Shown: positions 16,584 through 26,264 of the stretch, one piece after another
Numbering within the stretch: the stretch's first letter is position 1
Layout of the letters: the number at the start of each line of letters is the position of its first letter
Assembly: GCA_041650795.1 (NCBI GenBank)
Contig: JBAZKK010000003.1
Coordinates: 2,386 to 66,385, forward strand
Length of the DNA stretch: 64,000 bases
Source: Candidatus Omnitrophota bacterium
GTDB lineage: Bacteria > Omnitrophota > Gorgyraeia > Gygaellales > Profunditerraquicolaceae
Direction of reading: 5' to 3'
The notes under the pieces: generated by a model
Seen by the model: the letters and a program-made list of their open reading frames with translations, nothing else
Told to the model about the DNA's origin: nothing
The model's database searches: none
Made by a program: the position numbers and the translations under genes

Positions 16584-17189
16584 ATGAGAAAAGCGATAAA
16601 AGAAAGAAAGACAACAGAAACCCAAGTCAGGGTAGAGTTGAATATTGACGGTACCGGTAAATCCAGCATTGATACCGGCATAGGCCTGCTTAATCATATG
16701 CTGGAGTTATTTGCCTTCTGGGGCCTATTTGACCTTAATGTAAAAGCCAAAGGGGACATCAATAGGGTCGACATGCATCATACCAATGAAGACGTGGGCA
16801 TTGTCTTGGGGCAGGCCTTCAAGGAGGCCTTAGGGGATAAAAAAGGAATCAACAGGGTCGGCTCTGCCAGCGTTCCGATGGAAGAGGTTGTAGCCGATGT
16901 AGTGGCTGATATCAGCGGAAGGGGTTCTTTTAAGATCGTCAAGCCTGGGAAGGCCCAAACCGACGCTAAAGACGAAAAGGATTATGACCTCAAGGATGCC
17001 GAGCATTTTTTTGAAGCCCTGGCTAAACAGTTGGGCATGAACCTTAATATAAAGATTGATCCCGTAAGCAGCGATTTGCACACTACCTTAGAGCCCGTCT
17101 TTAAGGCGTTAGGTAAAGCCTTGGATGAGGCTACCCAGATTGACCCCCGCCGTCAAGGCATCCCTTCTACAAAAGGCGTGATTGATTAG
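16584..17189 (+). CDS. hisB: imidazoleglycerol-phosphate dehydratase
   Basis: RKTTETQVRVELNIDG, GIGLLNHML, HHTNEDVGIVLG, HTTLEPVFKALGKAL. Confidence 0.95.
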   Translation: MRKAIKERKTTETQVRVELNIDGTGKSSIDTGIGLLNHMLELFAFWGLFDLNVKAKGDINRVDMHHTNEDVGIVLGQAFKEALGDKKGINRVGSASVPMEEVVADVVADISGRGSFKIVKPGKAQTDAKDEKDYDLKDAEHFFEALAKQLGMNLNIKIDPVSSDLHTTLEPVFKALGKALDEATQIDPRRQGIPSTKGVID

Positions 17190-17804
17190 ATGATTGCAAT
17201 TATTGACTACGGCATGGGAAACATCCACAGCGTGCAGAAGGCCCTGGAATATGCAGGGGCTTCTACGATAGTTACCAATCAGCCGGAGGATATTGTCAGG
17301 GCAGAGAAAGTTGTGCTCCCCGGGGTGGGTGCTTTCGATGACGCAGTCCTGGAGATGCAAAGGCAGGGGTTGGTTGCCGTTTTAAAGGAGCACATTGCGA
17401 AGAATAAGCCGTTTCTCGGGATATGCCTGGGGATGCAGCTTTTATTTGAGCGCAGCCAGGAGGCGCGCAAGACAAAGGGGTTCGGAATTTTGGAGGGGGA
17501 TATCAGGAGGTTCGCTTCAGGCGCGGGGATTAAGGTTCCTCATATGGGATGGAACCAGCTCAATTTTAAAAAACCCGATTGTCCTTTATTGAGGGGGTTC
17601 TCCGATAGACCATACGTATATTTCTGCCACTCTTATTATCCCTGCGTGGCTGATAATGAATTGACTGCAGCCGCCACAGATTATGCAGGCGAGTTTAGTT
17701 CGTTTGTATGGAAAGGCAATATTTACGCGGCCCAATTCCATCCGGAGAAAAGCCAGGAGGTAGGGCTTAAAATACTGAAGAACTTTGTGGAGTTGAAAAA
17801 TTAA
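17190..17804 (+). CDS. hisH: imidazole glycerol phosphate synthase, glutamine amidotransferase subunit
   Basis: IAIIDYGMGNIHSV, LPGVGAF, GICLGMQLL (catalytic Cys), FHPEKS. Confidence 0.95.
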   Translation: MIAIIDYGMGNIHSVQKALEYAGASTIVTNQPEDIVRAEKVVLPGVGAFDDAVLEMQRQGLVAVLKEHIAKNKPFLGICLGMQLLFERSQEARKTKGFGILEGDIRRFASGAGIKVPHMGWNQLNFKKPDCPLLRGFSDRPYVYFCHSYYPCVADNELTAAATDYAGEFSSFVWKGNIYAAQFHPEKSQEVGLKILKNFVELKN

Positions 17805-17805
17805 T

Positions 17806-18522
17806 ATGCTGGTTATTCCCGCCATAGACCTCAAGCAGGGTTGCGTGGTAAGGCTGGTCGAGGGCAGGTTTAAAAAAAAGATTTATTCGCGCGATCCCCT
17901 TAAGACCGCCAGGCGCTGGGAGGAGGAAGGCGCGGAATTCTTGCATCTGGTGGACCTTGATGGGGCTATGAGCGGAAGGCCCAGGAATCTCGGAATCGTC
18001 AAAGAGATTGCCAATAAGGTCGGGGTGCCTGTAGAGTGCGGCGGAGGCATACGCAACATCAGGACCATCAAATCCCTGCTTAACAGCGGGATAGCGCGGG
18101 TTGTCCTGGGCACCAGGGTCGCCACTGACCGCGAGTTTCTGCGCAAGGCGCTTAAGCAATTCGGAGATAAGGTAATTGTAAGCGTTGACGCCAGGGATAA
18201 TAATGTATGCATAAGAGGGTGGAAGGACAGAACCGGGATAAACGCGGCGTCATTTATCAAGGACTTGAAAAAAACCGGATTAAGGCGTATCATCTATACC
18301 GATATCTCCAAGGACGGTACGCTCAAGGGGCCTAATCTTAAAAGCATCAGGCAGATACTAAAAGATACCGGGATAAAAATGATTGCTTCGGGAGGCATAT
18401 CTGCGTTGAGTGATATCCGGCGAATAAAAGCGCTGGAAAAAGAGGGGGTGATAGGTATAATTATAGGGAAGGCCTTATATGAAAGAAGGTTTACCTTAAC
18501 CAGGGCTTTGAAACTTGTTTGA
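17806..18522 (+). CDS. hisA: ProFAR isomerase HisA
   Basis: MLVIPAIDLKQGCVVRL, LHLVDLDGA, GGGIR, IIYTDISKDGTLKGPN, ASGGIS. Confidence 0.93.
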   Translation: MLVIPAIDLKQGCVVRLVEGRFKKKIYSRDPLKTARRWEEEGAEFLHLVDLDGAMSGRPRNLGIVKEIANKVGVPVECGGGIRNIRTIKSLLNSGIARVVLGTRVATDREFLRKALKQFGDKVIVSVDARDNNVCIRGWKDRTGINAASFIKDLKKTGLRRIIYTDISKDGTLKGPNLKSIRQILKDTGIKMIASGGISALSDIRRIKALEKEGVIGIIIGKALYERRFTLTRALKLV

Positions 18523-18537
18523 GAGAGGAGCGTTAAA

Positions 18538-18969
18538 ATGAAAAAAATAGCAGTTCTGTTGTTGCCGGTGCTCATTATCGCTTTAAGCGGATGCGCCAGC
18601 GCCAAAAAAAGAGATCTTGAAATTCAGGGTTTGAAGAACCAGATTACCGTCCTGGAGACGCGGATTCAATCCAAGGATGATGAAATCAACAGTCTCAGGG
18701 ACGATTTGAGCAAATCCGAAGCTAAGAAACCGGCGCCTGTTTCAAGGGGGGCTATTGTAGAGATCAAATCCCGCCCTAATGCCAAGCAAATACAGTTGGC
18801 ATTAAAGAACGCCGGTTATTACGCCGGGGCAATCGACGGTAAAATCGGAAAAAGCACCAGGGATGCAATTAAGGCTTTTCAAAAGGCTAACAACCTGACC
18901 GCTGACGGCAGAGTCGGCAAAAAAACATGGGAGCTTTTAAGAAAGTACCTTTCTGTTAAGATTAAATAA
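18538..18969 (+). CDS. lipoprotein with coiled-coil segment and C-terminal peptidoglycan-binding (PG_binding_1-like) domain
   Basis: Signal peptide with lipobox LSGC. Heptad stretch LEIQGLKNQITVLETRIQSKDDEINSLRDDL. C-terminal motif LKNAGYYAGAIDGKIGKSTRDAIKAFQKANNLTADGRVGKKTW. Confidence 0.75.
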   Translation: MKKIAVLLLPVLIIALSGCASAKKRDLEIQGLKNQITVLETRIQSKDDEINSLRDDLSKSEAKKPAPVSRGAIVEIKSRPNAKQIQLALKNAGYYAGAIDGKIGKSTRDAIKAFQKANNLTADGRVGKKTWELLRKYLSVKIK

Positions 18970-18975
18970 GCCGTT

Positions 18976-19737
18976 ATGTTGACCAGGCGCATCATACCCT
19001 GCCTGGATATCAAGGAAGGCCGGGTAGTAAAGGGGGTAAAATTTCTAGGGTTACGCGATGCCGGTAACCCGGTAGAGGTTGCCAGGGCCTATGACGCACA
19101 GGGCGCGGATGAACTTGTATTCCTGGATATCACCGCCAGTTTTGAGAACAGAAAGACCCTGATCGGATTGGTTGAGGATATCGCCAGCAACATCTTCATG
19201 CCTTTTACAGTAGGGGGAGGCATCCGCGATATCGGGGATATCCGCGAGCTTTTAAGCGCCGGAGCGGACAAGGTATCCATCAATACCGCCGCAGTCAAAT
19301 ATCCGGAGCTAATCCGGGAGGCGTCTTTAAAGTTCGGCAGCCAGTGCATCGTAGTGGCCATTGATGCCAAGAAGAAACAGCACGGGCAGGGGTGGGAGGT
19401 TTTTATTAACGGAGGGAGGACTCCGGCAGAACTGGATGCGGTTGAGTGGGCGGCTCGGGCCTCTGAGCTCGGCGCCGGAGAATTCTTGCTTACCAGCATG
19501 GATTATGACGGCACTAAGGACGGCTATGATATCGAGCTTACCAGGGGCATTAGCGCGAGCGTTAACATACCCGTAATCGCCTCCGGAGGAGCTGGCAGTC
19601 CGCAGCATTTTTACCAGGCAATAACCGAAGGCAGTGCCGATGCCTGCCTGGCCGCTTCTTTGTTTCACTACCAGGAATGTAGCATAAAGGAAGTTAAGGA
19701 TTATCTGGCAAAGAGAGGGGTAGCAGTCAGGATATGA
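18976..19737 (+). CDS. hisF: imidazole glycerol phosphate synthase cyclase subunit
   Basis: [64 protein letters not shown]. Confidence 0.95.
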   Translation: MLTRRIIPCLDIKEGRVVKGVKFLGLRDAGNPVEVARAYDAQGADELVFLDITASFENRKTLIGLVEDIASNIFMPFTVGGGIRDIGDIRELLSAGADKVSINTAAVKYPELIREASLKFGSQCIVVAIDAKKKQHGQGWEVFINGGRTPAELDAVEWAARASELGAGEFLLTSMDYDGTKDGYDIELTRGISASVNIPVIASGGAGSPQHFYQAITEGSADACLAASLFHYQECSIKEVKDYLAKRGVAVRI

Positions 19738-20066
19738 AAAAAGGGTTCGATCCTAAAGGCTTGAAATATGACCGCCGCGGCTTAATACCGGCCATTATCC
19801 AGGATTACAACAGCGGCGAGGTTTTGATGCTTGCCTATATGAATAAGGAGTCTTTGAGGCGCACGCTTAAACTCGGCAAGACCTGTTTTTGGTCGCGTTC
19901 ACGCAAGGAATACTGGGTAAAGGGAGCTACCTCGGGTTGCTTCCAATACGTCAAGACGGCATGCTATGACTGCGATATGGATGCCTTATTATTCAAGGTG
20001 CGCCAGGTAGGCGCGGCCTGTCATACTGGAAACCGCAGTTGTTTTTACCGTAAAATAAAGAAATAG
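19734..20066 (+). CDS. hisI: phosphoribosyl-AMP cyclohydrolase (HisI domain only, no HisE fusion)
   Basis: [49 protein letters not shown]. 110 aa. ATGA overlap with hisF. Confidence 0.9.
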   Translation: MKKGFDPKGLKYDRRGLIPAIIQDYNSGEVLMLAYMNKESLRRTLKLGKTCFWSRSRKEYWVKGATSGCFQYVKTACYDCDMDALLFKVRQVGAACHTGNRSCFYRKIKK

Positions 20067-20093
20067 TCACTAATTGCTACGCAGGAGCCAGCG

Positions 20094-21578
20094 GTGTATT
20101 ATCCGGATTTAAATGAGTTCTTAAAGCTCTCCGCGAAAGGAAACCTTATCCCTGTATACAAGGAGATAAATGCCGACCTGGATACGCCGGTATCGGCATA
20201 TCTTAAGATAGGTAAGGACGATTATGCGTTCCTCCTGGAATCGGTAGTGGGCCAGGAGAAGATTGCGCGCTATTCCTTCCTGGGGACAAAACCCGCCGTT
20301 ATCTTTAAGAGTAAAGGCAGGGATATTGAGATTACCGATACCCATCACGGCAAGGTGCGCCGTTTCAGGGCCCAGGGAAACCCGCTGGAAGAGATACGAA
20401 AAATCATGCGGGAATTTAAGCCCGTTCCGGTAAAGGGGCTGCCGCGTTTTTTTGGGGGCTTGGTAGGTTATATCGGATACGATGTGGTGCGGTTCTTTGA
20501 GAAGCTGCCGGATAAAAACAAGGATGACCTTAAGCTTCCCGACGCCGTGCTCCTTTTGACCGATAGCATCCTGGCCTTTGACCATATCAATCACACCATC
20601 AAGATTATTTATAACGTCGTTTTGCCTCCAGATAAGAAGTTTACCCGTAAAGATAAAATCGAATTTTACCGAAGGGCCATAAGCAGGATTGAAGCTATCC
20701 ACAGGCAATTGCGCGGCGGGATTCCAGGCGAGAGAGGAAACGCCGGAAGGGGCAGCCGGGTGCGGATGACTTCAAATTTCACAAAGGAAGGTTTCTGCCG
20801 CATGGTCAGCCGCGCCAAAAAATATATCCGCAGGGGCGACATCATTCAGGTAGTTTTGTCGCAGCGCTTCAGGTTTAAAATCAAAAAGCCGTGGTTTGAG
20901 ATATATCGTAGCCTAAGGAGCATTAATCCCTCGCCTTACATGTTCTTCTTGAAGTTGAAGGATTTTGCGCTTATCGGTTCATCCCCTGAGATACTGGTGC
21001 GTTCCCAGGACGGCCAGGTTCAGGCCCGCCCCATTGCCGGTACGCGGCCGCGCGGGAAAAACGAGGAAGAGGATTTGAGATTCGAGCGCGAGCTCTTAAA
21101 GGACGCCAAGGAGAGGGCCGAGCATATCATGCTGGTGGACCTGGGCAGGAATGACCTTGGCCGTGTCTGCCGGACAGGCAAAATCGAGGTTGACGAATTA
21201 ATGGGCGTGGAGAGATATTCCCACGTGATGCATCTGGTAACCAACGTAAAAGGGACGCTTGAGCGACGCTACGATGCGTGCGATGTGCTGCGGGCATGTT
21301 TTCCGGCCGGTACAGTCAGCGGAAGCCCAAAGGTCCGCGCGATGGAAATCATCGAGGAGTTGGAGGATGTCCGGCGCGGCCCCTACGCCGGCTGCGTGGC
21401 ATATTTTAGTTTTTCCGGGAATATGGATACCTGCATTACTTTAAGGACAATCCTTGCACGCGGCAAGACAGCCTATATCCAGGCAGGTGCCGGGATAGTG
21501 GCTGATTCTGTCCCGGCTAAGGAATACCGCGAAACCGTAAACAAGGCAAAGGCCCTAATAGAGGCACTGACAAAGTAA
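20094..21578 (+). CDS. trpE: anthranilate synthase component I
   Basis: GTG start. Feedback-site motif FLLESVVGQEKIARYSF. Chorismate-binding core PSPYMFF, GSSPE, RPIAGTRPRG, HIMLVDLGRNDLGRV, GPYAGCVAYF. Confidence 0.88.
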   Translation: MYYPDLNEFLKLSAKGNLIPVYKEINADLDTPVSAYLKIGKDDYAFLLESVVGQEKIARYSFLGTKPAVIFKSKGRDIEITDTHHGKVRRFRAQGNPLEEIRKIMREFKPVPVKGLPRFFGGLVGYIGYDVVRFFEKLPDKNKDDLKLPDAVLLLTDSILAFDHINHTIKIIYNVVLPPDKKFTRKDKIEFYRRAISRIEAIHRQLRGGIPGERGNAGRGSRVRMTSNFTKEGFCRMVSRAKKYIRRGDIIQVVLSQRFRFKIKKPWFEIYRSLRSINPSPYMFFLKLKDFALIGSSPEILVRSQDGQVQARPIAGTRPRGKNEEEDLRFERELLKDAKERAEHIMLVDLGRNDLGRVCRTGKIEVDELMGVERYSHVMHLVTNVKGTLERRYDACDVLRACFPAGTVSGSPKVRAMEIIEELEDVRRGPYAGCVAYFSFSGNMDTCITLRTILARGKTAYIQAGAGIVADSVPAKEYRETVNKAKALIEALTK

Positions 21579-21599
21579 AACAAAAAGGGAGGAGATATA

Positions 21600-21848
21600 A
21601 TGGCAGTTGTTATCAGGCTAAGAAGGATAGGCAAGAGGCCCAAGAAAAGGCCGCATTTTCGCATCAGCGTTTTTGACGAACGCCGCGGCCGCGACAGCAG
21701 GTGTATCGAAGAGCTGGGTTTTTACTCTCCGGTAACGGGGCTGTCTAAAATCAATAAAGAGCGCCTGGAATGCTGGCTCAAGAACGGGGCGCAGCCGTCA
21801 AAGACGATTAAAAATCTAATCAAGAAAGAAAACCCTAAGGAGGCTTAA
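21600..21848 (+). CDS. rpsP: 30S ribosomal protein S16
   Basis: MAVVIRLRRIGKRPKKRPHFRISV...LGFYSP. Confidence 0.93.
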   Translation: MAVVIRLRRIGKRPKKRPHFRISVFDERRGRDSRCIEELGFYSPVTGLSKINKERLECWLKNGAQPSKTIKNLIKKENPKEA

Positions 21849-21849
21849 G

Positions 21850-22152
21850 ATGCCGCAAGGTCAGACCGTTAATCCCATTATGCAGTTTGCGCCGCTGATT
21901 TTCATCTTCGTTATTTTTTATTTCCTGCTCATACGGCCACAGAAAGCCAAGGAGAAGGAGCACCGCCGGATGCTGGATAGCCTTAAAAAGAACGATGATG
22001 TGGTTACGTCTTCCGGCATACACGCCACGGTAGTCAACGTCAAGGATAAAACCGTAGTGTTGAGGGTTGACGATAACGTCAAGATGGAGATGGAAAAAAA
22101 TTGCGTCGCTTATATTAAAAAATCTTCCGAGCCAGAGCAGGTAAAGGCTTGA
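21850..22152 (+). CDS. yajC: preprotein translocase subunit YajC
   Basis: Single TM (PLIFIFVIFYFLLIRPQ) followed by V.TSSGIHATVVNV. AAGGAGG RBS lies 6 nt upstream. Confidence 0.85.
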   Translation: MPQGQTVNPIMQFAPLIFIFVIFYFLLIRPQKAKEKEHRRMLDSLKKNDDVVTSSGIHATVVNVKDKTVVLRVDDNVKMEMEKNCVAYIKKSSEPEQVKA

Positions 22153-22156
22153 TTAG

Positions 22157-24355
22157 ATGAATAGAAAATTCTTCTATAGGTTATTGCTGGTTGCGGCGGT
22201 AGTCGGTTTGTTCGTTTTCTTTGCGTTTCCGCTCGACAAAAGAATAAACCTTGGCCTGGACCTAAAAGGGGGGATGCACCTTTTGTTTAAGGTGGATACC
22301 CAGGGGTTATCCGAAGACGCCAGGGCTGATGCGGTAGAGCGCGCCAAGGAGAACATTCGCGACGCCATTGACAGGCTGGGGGTGCGCGAACCTATTGTGC
22401 AGAAACAAGGGCTGGATGAGCTGGTGGTGCAGCTGCCCGGCGTGACCAACCGCCAAGGCGTGCTGGACGTTATTACTACCGTAGGATACCTGGAGTTTAA
22501 GATTGTTTCCGATGACAGCCAGAAGCTCCAGGATGCCTTAAACGGAAACATACCGGAAGGCTATGAGCTTAAGTATTCCCAGGAGAACAAGGAGCCGTTG
22601 TTGCTGGAAAAGAAAAACGTTCTTACCGGCGAGTCCCTCAAGAGCGCGTCAATAGACTTCGGCGAATACAGCCAGCCGCGGGTCGACCTGGAGTTTAATG
22701 CCGAGGGAGCAAAGAGGTTTGCCGAGATTACCCGCAATAATATAGGAAAACGCCTGGCCATACTGCTGGACGGCAAGGTGCAGTCCGCTCCGATGATACG
22801 CGAAGAGATCCCTTCCGGCAAGGCCAACATTACCGGCAGGTTTACCCAGGAACAGGCGCAGTCCCTATCGTTGATATTGCGGCGCGGGGCGCTGCCGGCT
22901 CCGGTAGTATTGGAGGAAGAGAGGACTGTAGGGCCGTCTTTGGGGCAGGATTCCATTAGCAAGGGGATACTTTCCACCGTCATAGGGGGCCTGTTGGTTC
23001 TGGTATTTATGGCGGGTTATTATTTGTTGGCCGGCCTAATCGCGGACGTCGCCCTGGTGCTTAACCTCGTGATGATACTGGGGGGTTTAGGAATGTTGCC
23101 TCATCTTTTCGGCGTATCCGCAACCCTGACCCTTCCCGGCATTGCCGGTATCGCCCTATCCCTGGGCATGGCGGTTGACGCCAACGTCCTTATCAATGAA
23201 AGGATACGCGAGGAGCTGAACACCGGCAAGACCATGCGCCAGGCAATTACCAACGGTTATAACCGTGCCTTCAGCGCTATCCTTGATTCCAATATTACAA
23301 CCCTTATTGCGGCATTTCTTTTGTTCTGTTTCGGCACCGGCCCCATAAAGGGTTTTGCCGTCACCCTGACCATCGGCTTGATAGCCAGCATGTTCACCGC
23401 AATCATAGTTACCCGCGCAATATTCGAGCTGCTCCTGGAATTCGGGCTGTTGAAATCCCTGCCGATGCTGAGGCTTTTTAAAGAGACGCACCTGGATTTT
23501 ATTGGAAAGAGAAAGATATGCTACGCTATTTCCATTGTTATCGTAACTGTGGGGCTCGTCGTATTCTTTGAGAAGGGCAAAAACGCCTACGGTATTGATT
23601 TTTCCGGAGGCCAGCTGCAGGAATACAGTTTCAAGAACGCCCCGTCGGTAGATGCGGTGCGCGAGGCGATGAAAGAAATCAACCTTGCCGATGCCACTAT
23701 CCAGCAGTTCAAGGAGAACCCGCGCGTAGTCCTTATCAAGACCGGCGTAACGCAAGGAGACGTTATTACGGATAAATTAAAAGAAAGGTTTCCGCAGGAT
23801 GACATTCAGGTCTTGCGGGTTGAGAAGGTAGGCCCGGTTGCCGGCAATAAGCTTAGGTCCAAGGCGAGCGGCGCGATTATCTGGTCTCTTATCGGCATCC
23901 TTATTTACGTAAGCATCAGGTTCAAACACTTTAATTTTGCGGTTGCCGGCGTCGTTGCCATTCTACATGACGTGCTGGTAACGCTGGGGGCGCTGGCGAT
24001 AACCGGCAGGCCCATCGACCTCCTGAGCGTAACGGCCTTCTTGACCATTGCCGGTTATTCCATTAACGACACCATCGTGATATACGACCGCGTCAGAGAA
24101 AACAGCAGATTGCAGCACAGGATGAGCCTGGCTGAATTGATAAACTTGAGCGTCAATCAGACCCTGGGCCGGACTATCCTGACATCGACCGTAACGCTTT
24201 TGGTGGTAATCGCCATTCTTTTTTACGGAGGCGAGGTATTGAGCAATTTCGCCTTTGCGCTACTGGTAGGATTTATCTCCGGCGTTTACTCCACTGTTTA
24301 TATTGCCTCGCCTTTAGTGCTCGCCTGGGAACGCCGCAAAAAAGTCCGCACCTAA
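22157..24355 (+). CDS. secDF: fused protein translocase subunit SecDF
   Basis: SecD part (LGLDLKGGMHLL, periplasmic P1, AGIAGIALSLGMAVDANVLINERIREE). SecF part (GIDFSGG, INDTIVIYDRVREN). Confidence 0.92.
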   Translation: MNRKFFYRLLLVAAVVGLFVFFAFPLDKRINLGLDLKGGMHLLFKVDTQGLSEDARADAVERAKENIRDAIDRLGVREPIVQKQGLDELVVQLPGVTNRQGVLDVITTVGYLEFKIVSDDSQKLQDALNGNIPEGYELKYSQENKEPLLLEKKNVLTGESLKSASIDFGEYSQPRVDLEFNAEGAKRFAEITRNNIGKRLAILLDGKVQSAPMIREEIPSGKANITGRFTQEQAQSLSLILRRGALPAPVVLEEERTVGPSLGQDSISKGILSTVIGGLLVLVFMAGYYLLAGLIADVALVLNLVMILGGLGMLPHLFGVSATLTLPGIAGIALSLGMAVDANVLINERIREELNTGKTMRQAITNGYNRAFSAILDSNITTLIAAFLLFCFGTGPIKGFAVTLTIGLIASMFTAIIVTRAIFELLLEFGLLKSLPMLRLFKETHLDFIGKRKICYAISIVIVTVGLVVFFEKGKNAYGIDFSGGQLQEYSFKNAPSVDAVREAMKEINLADATIQQFKENPRVVLIKTGVTQGDVITDKLKERFPQDDIQVLRVEKVGPVAGNKLRSKASGAIIWSLIGILIYVSIRFKHFNFAVAGVVAILHDVLVTLGALAITGRPIDLLSVTAFLTIAGYSINDTIVIYDRVRENSRLQHRMSLAELINLSVNQTLGRTILTSTVTLLVVIAILFYGGEVLSNFAFALLVGFISGVYSTVYIASPLVLAWERRKKVRT

Positions 24356-24362
24356 AACAGGC

Positions 24363-26264
24363 ATGTTTAAATCCCTCGAGGTTTATATCGGCCAGGTTAT
24401 TGCGCTGGATAGACTGCATGTGCAGTTAGCCGGTTTCGGATATAAACGCCAGGACAATGTTCTTGAGGAGGGGGATTTTGCCAGGCGCGGAAACCTGATA
24501 GACATCTTTCCTTTTACCTTTGAACTACCCATCCGCATAGCTCTCGACATAAATACCGTTAAATCCATAAATAGTTTTGACCCTGCCAGCGGCGCCCCTC
24601 TATGGGGGCATAAGATGGTGATTATACTGCCTATAAAGAACCGTCGTCTTTCCCGGACGGTTTCCTTTAACGAAGAGCTGCCCCTGGAGAATTTCCTCGA
24701 CCTGGATGTCGGAGATTACGTAGTGCATACCGAGCACGGTATCGGCAGGTTCAGGGGGCTCCAGAAGCTCAAGCTCAAGGATAAATACCTTGACCACCTG
24801 GTGATAGAATATGACCGCCAGGAGAAACTGTACGTACCGGTGGGGGAAATGCATCTTATCCAGAAATATGTCGCCTTTCAGGCGAGGAGGCCAAAACTTT
24901 ATCGCCTTGGAAGCAAGGAATGGCAGCGGACCAAGGAAAGGTCAAGAAAAGGCATCCAGAAGCTGGCCTGGGAATTGCTTTCCCTGGAGGCTATGCGCAT
25001 GAGCATCGGAGGGTTCGCTTATTCCAAGGATAAGGAGTGGCAGGGGCTCTTTGAGGCAACCTTCCCTTATAAAGAAACCCCGGACCAGGCCAAGGCCACT
25101 CAAGAGGTAAAGCGCGATATGGAGATGCCGAGGCCCATGGACCGCTTGCTCTGCGGTGACGTTGGTTACGGCAAGACGGAAGTAGCGATGCGGGCGGCGT
25201 TCAAGGCTACCATGGATAATAAACAAGTGGCTTTTCTTGTGCCTACTACCATCCTGGCAGAGCAGCATTATCAGAACTTCATCGGCCGTTTGGAAAAATT
25301 CCCCATAAATGTCCAGATGCTTTCGCGTTTCAATACCGCTTCCGAACAGGAGGTTATCATTAAAGGCATTGCGGACGGCACGGTGGATGTCGTGGTCGGA
25401 ACGCACCGCTTGCTGTCCGGAGATGTAGTATTTAAAAACATGGGGTTATTGATTATTGATGAAGAGCAGCGTTTCGGGGTCAAGGCCAAGGAGCAATTGA
25501 AGAAGATGCGGCTTACCTGCGATGTCCTGACATTGACTGCTACCCCCATACCGCGCACCCTTTATATGAGTCTGATGGGCGCAAAGGATCTTTCCGTCAT
25601 CAATACACCTCCCCAAAATAGGTTGCCGATTAAGACCGTTGTGGTAGAATATGACCTGGCTTTGATCCGCCAGGCGATCCTCAGGGAGACAAGGCGTAAA
25701 GGACAGGTTTACCTGGTGCATAACCGTATCGAGGATATCTGTGAGCTCAAAGACAGCGTTATGCGCGGTCTTCCCGGCAGTATCAGGTTTGGCGTGGCCC
25801 ATGGGCAGATGCTGCCGCGGATGCTGGAAAAGGTGATGTCGGATTTCCTGAAAGGCGGCATAGACGTCCTAGCCTCTACTATGATTATCGAATCCGGCAT
25901 AGATATACCCAACGTAAACACTATTATTATCAACAATGCCCATACCTTCGGTCTTTCGGACCTGCATCAGCTACGTGGAAGGGTAGGCAGGTTTGACCGG
26001 CCGGCCTATGCCTATTTATTGATTCCGCCCGAAGAGGCGCTTAATAAGGATGCCCGCAAGAGACTGGATGCCATAGAGGAACATTCTGAGCTGGGGGCCG
26101 GTTTTAAAATCGCAATGGAGGACCTGGAGATCCGCGGAGCAGGTAATCTCTTGGGGATCCAGCAGCACGGTTTTATCAGCGCCCTGGGGTTTGACCTTTA
26201 CTGCAGGCTCTTGAGGGAGTCTATCACAAATTTTAGAAAGGTGCTGGAAAATGAAAAGAAATAG
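24363..26264 (+). CDS. mfd: transcription-repair coupling factor Mfd, compact 633-aa form
   Basis: UvrB-like segment RRGNLIDIFPFTFELPIRIALDINTVKSINSFDP. RNAP-interaction (CarD/TRCF) motif VGDYVVHTEHGIGRF. SF2 translocase motifs GDVGYGKTEVA, IIDEEQRFG, TLTATPIPRTL, QLRGRVGR. Ends after GFDLYCRLL, with no TRCF/D7 domain. Confidence 0.85.
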   Translation: MFKSLEVYIGQVIALDRLHVQLAGFGYKRQDNVLEEGDFARRGNLIDIFPFTFELPIRIALDINTVKSINSFDPASGAPLWGHKMVIILPIKNRRLSRTVSFNEELPLENFLDLDVGDYVVHTEHGIGRFRGLQKLKLKDKYLDHLVIEYDRQEKLYVPVGEMHLIQKYVAFQARRPKLYRLGSKEWQRTKERSRKGIQKLAWELLSLEAMRMSIGGFAYSKDKEWQGLFEATFPYKETPDQAKATQEVKRDMEMPRPMDRLLCGDVGYGKTEVAMRAAFKATMDNKQVAFLVPTTILAEQHYQNFIGRLEKFPINVQMLSRFNTASEQEVIIKGIADGTVDVVVGTHRLLSGDVVFKNMGLLIIDEEQRFGVKAKEQLKKMRLTCDVLTLTATPIPRTLYMSLMGAKDLSVINTPPQNRLPIKTVVVEYDLALIRQAILRETRRKGQVYLVHNRIEDICELKDSVMRGLPGSIRFGVAHGQMLPRMLEKVMSDFLKGGIDVLASTMIIESGIDIPNVNTIIINNAHTFGLSDLHQLRGRVGRFDRPAYAYLLIPPEEALNKDARKRLDAIEEHSELGAGFKIAMEDLEIRGAGNLLGIQQHGFISALGFDLYCRLLRESITNFRKVLENEKK

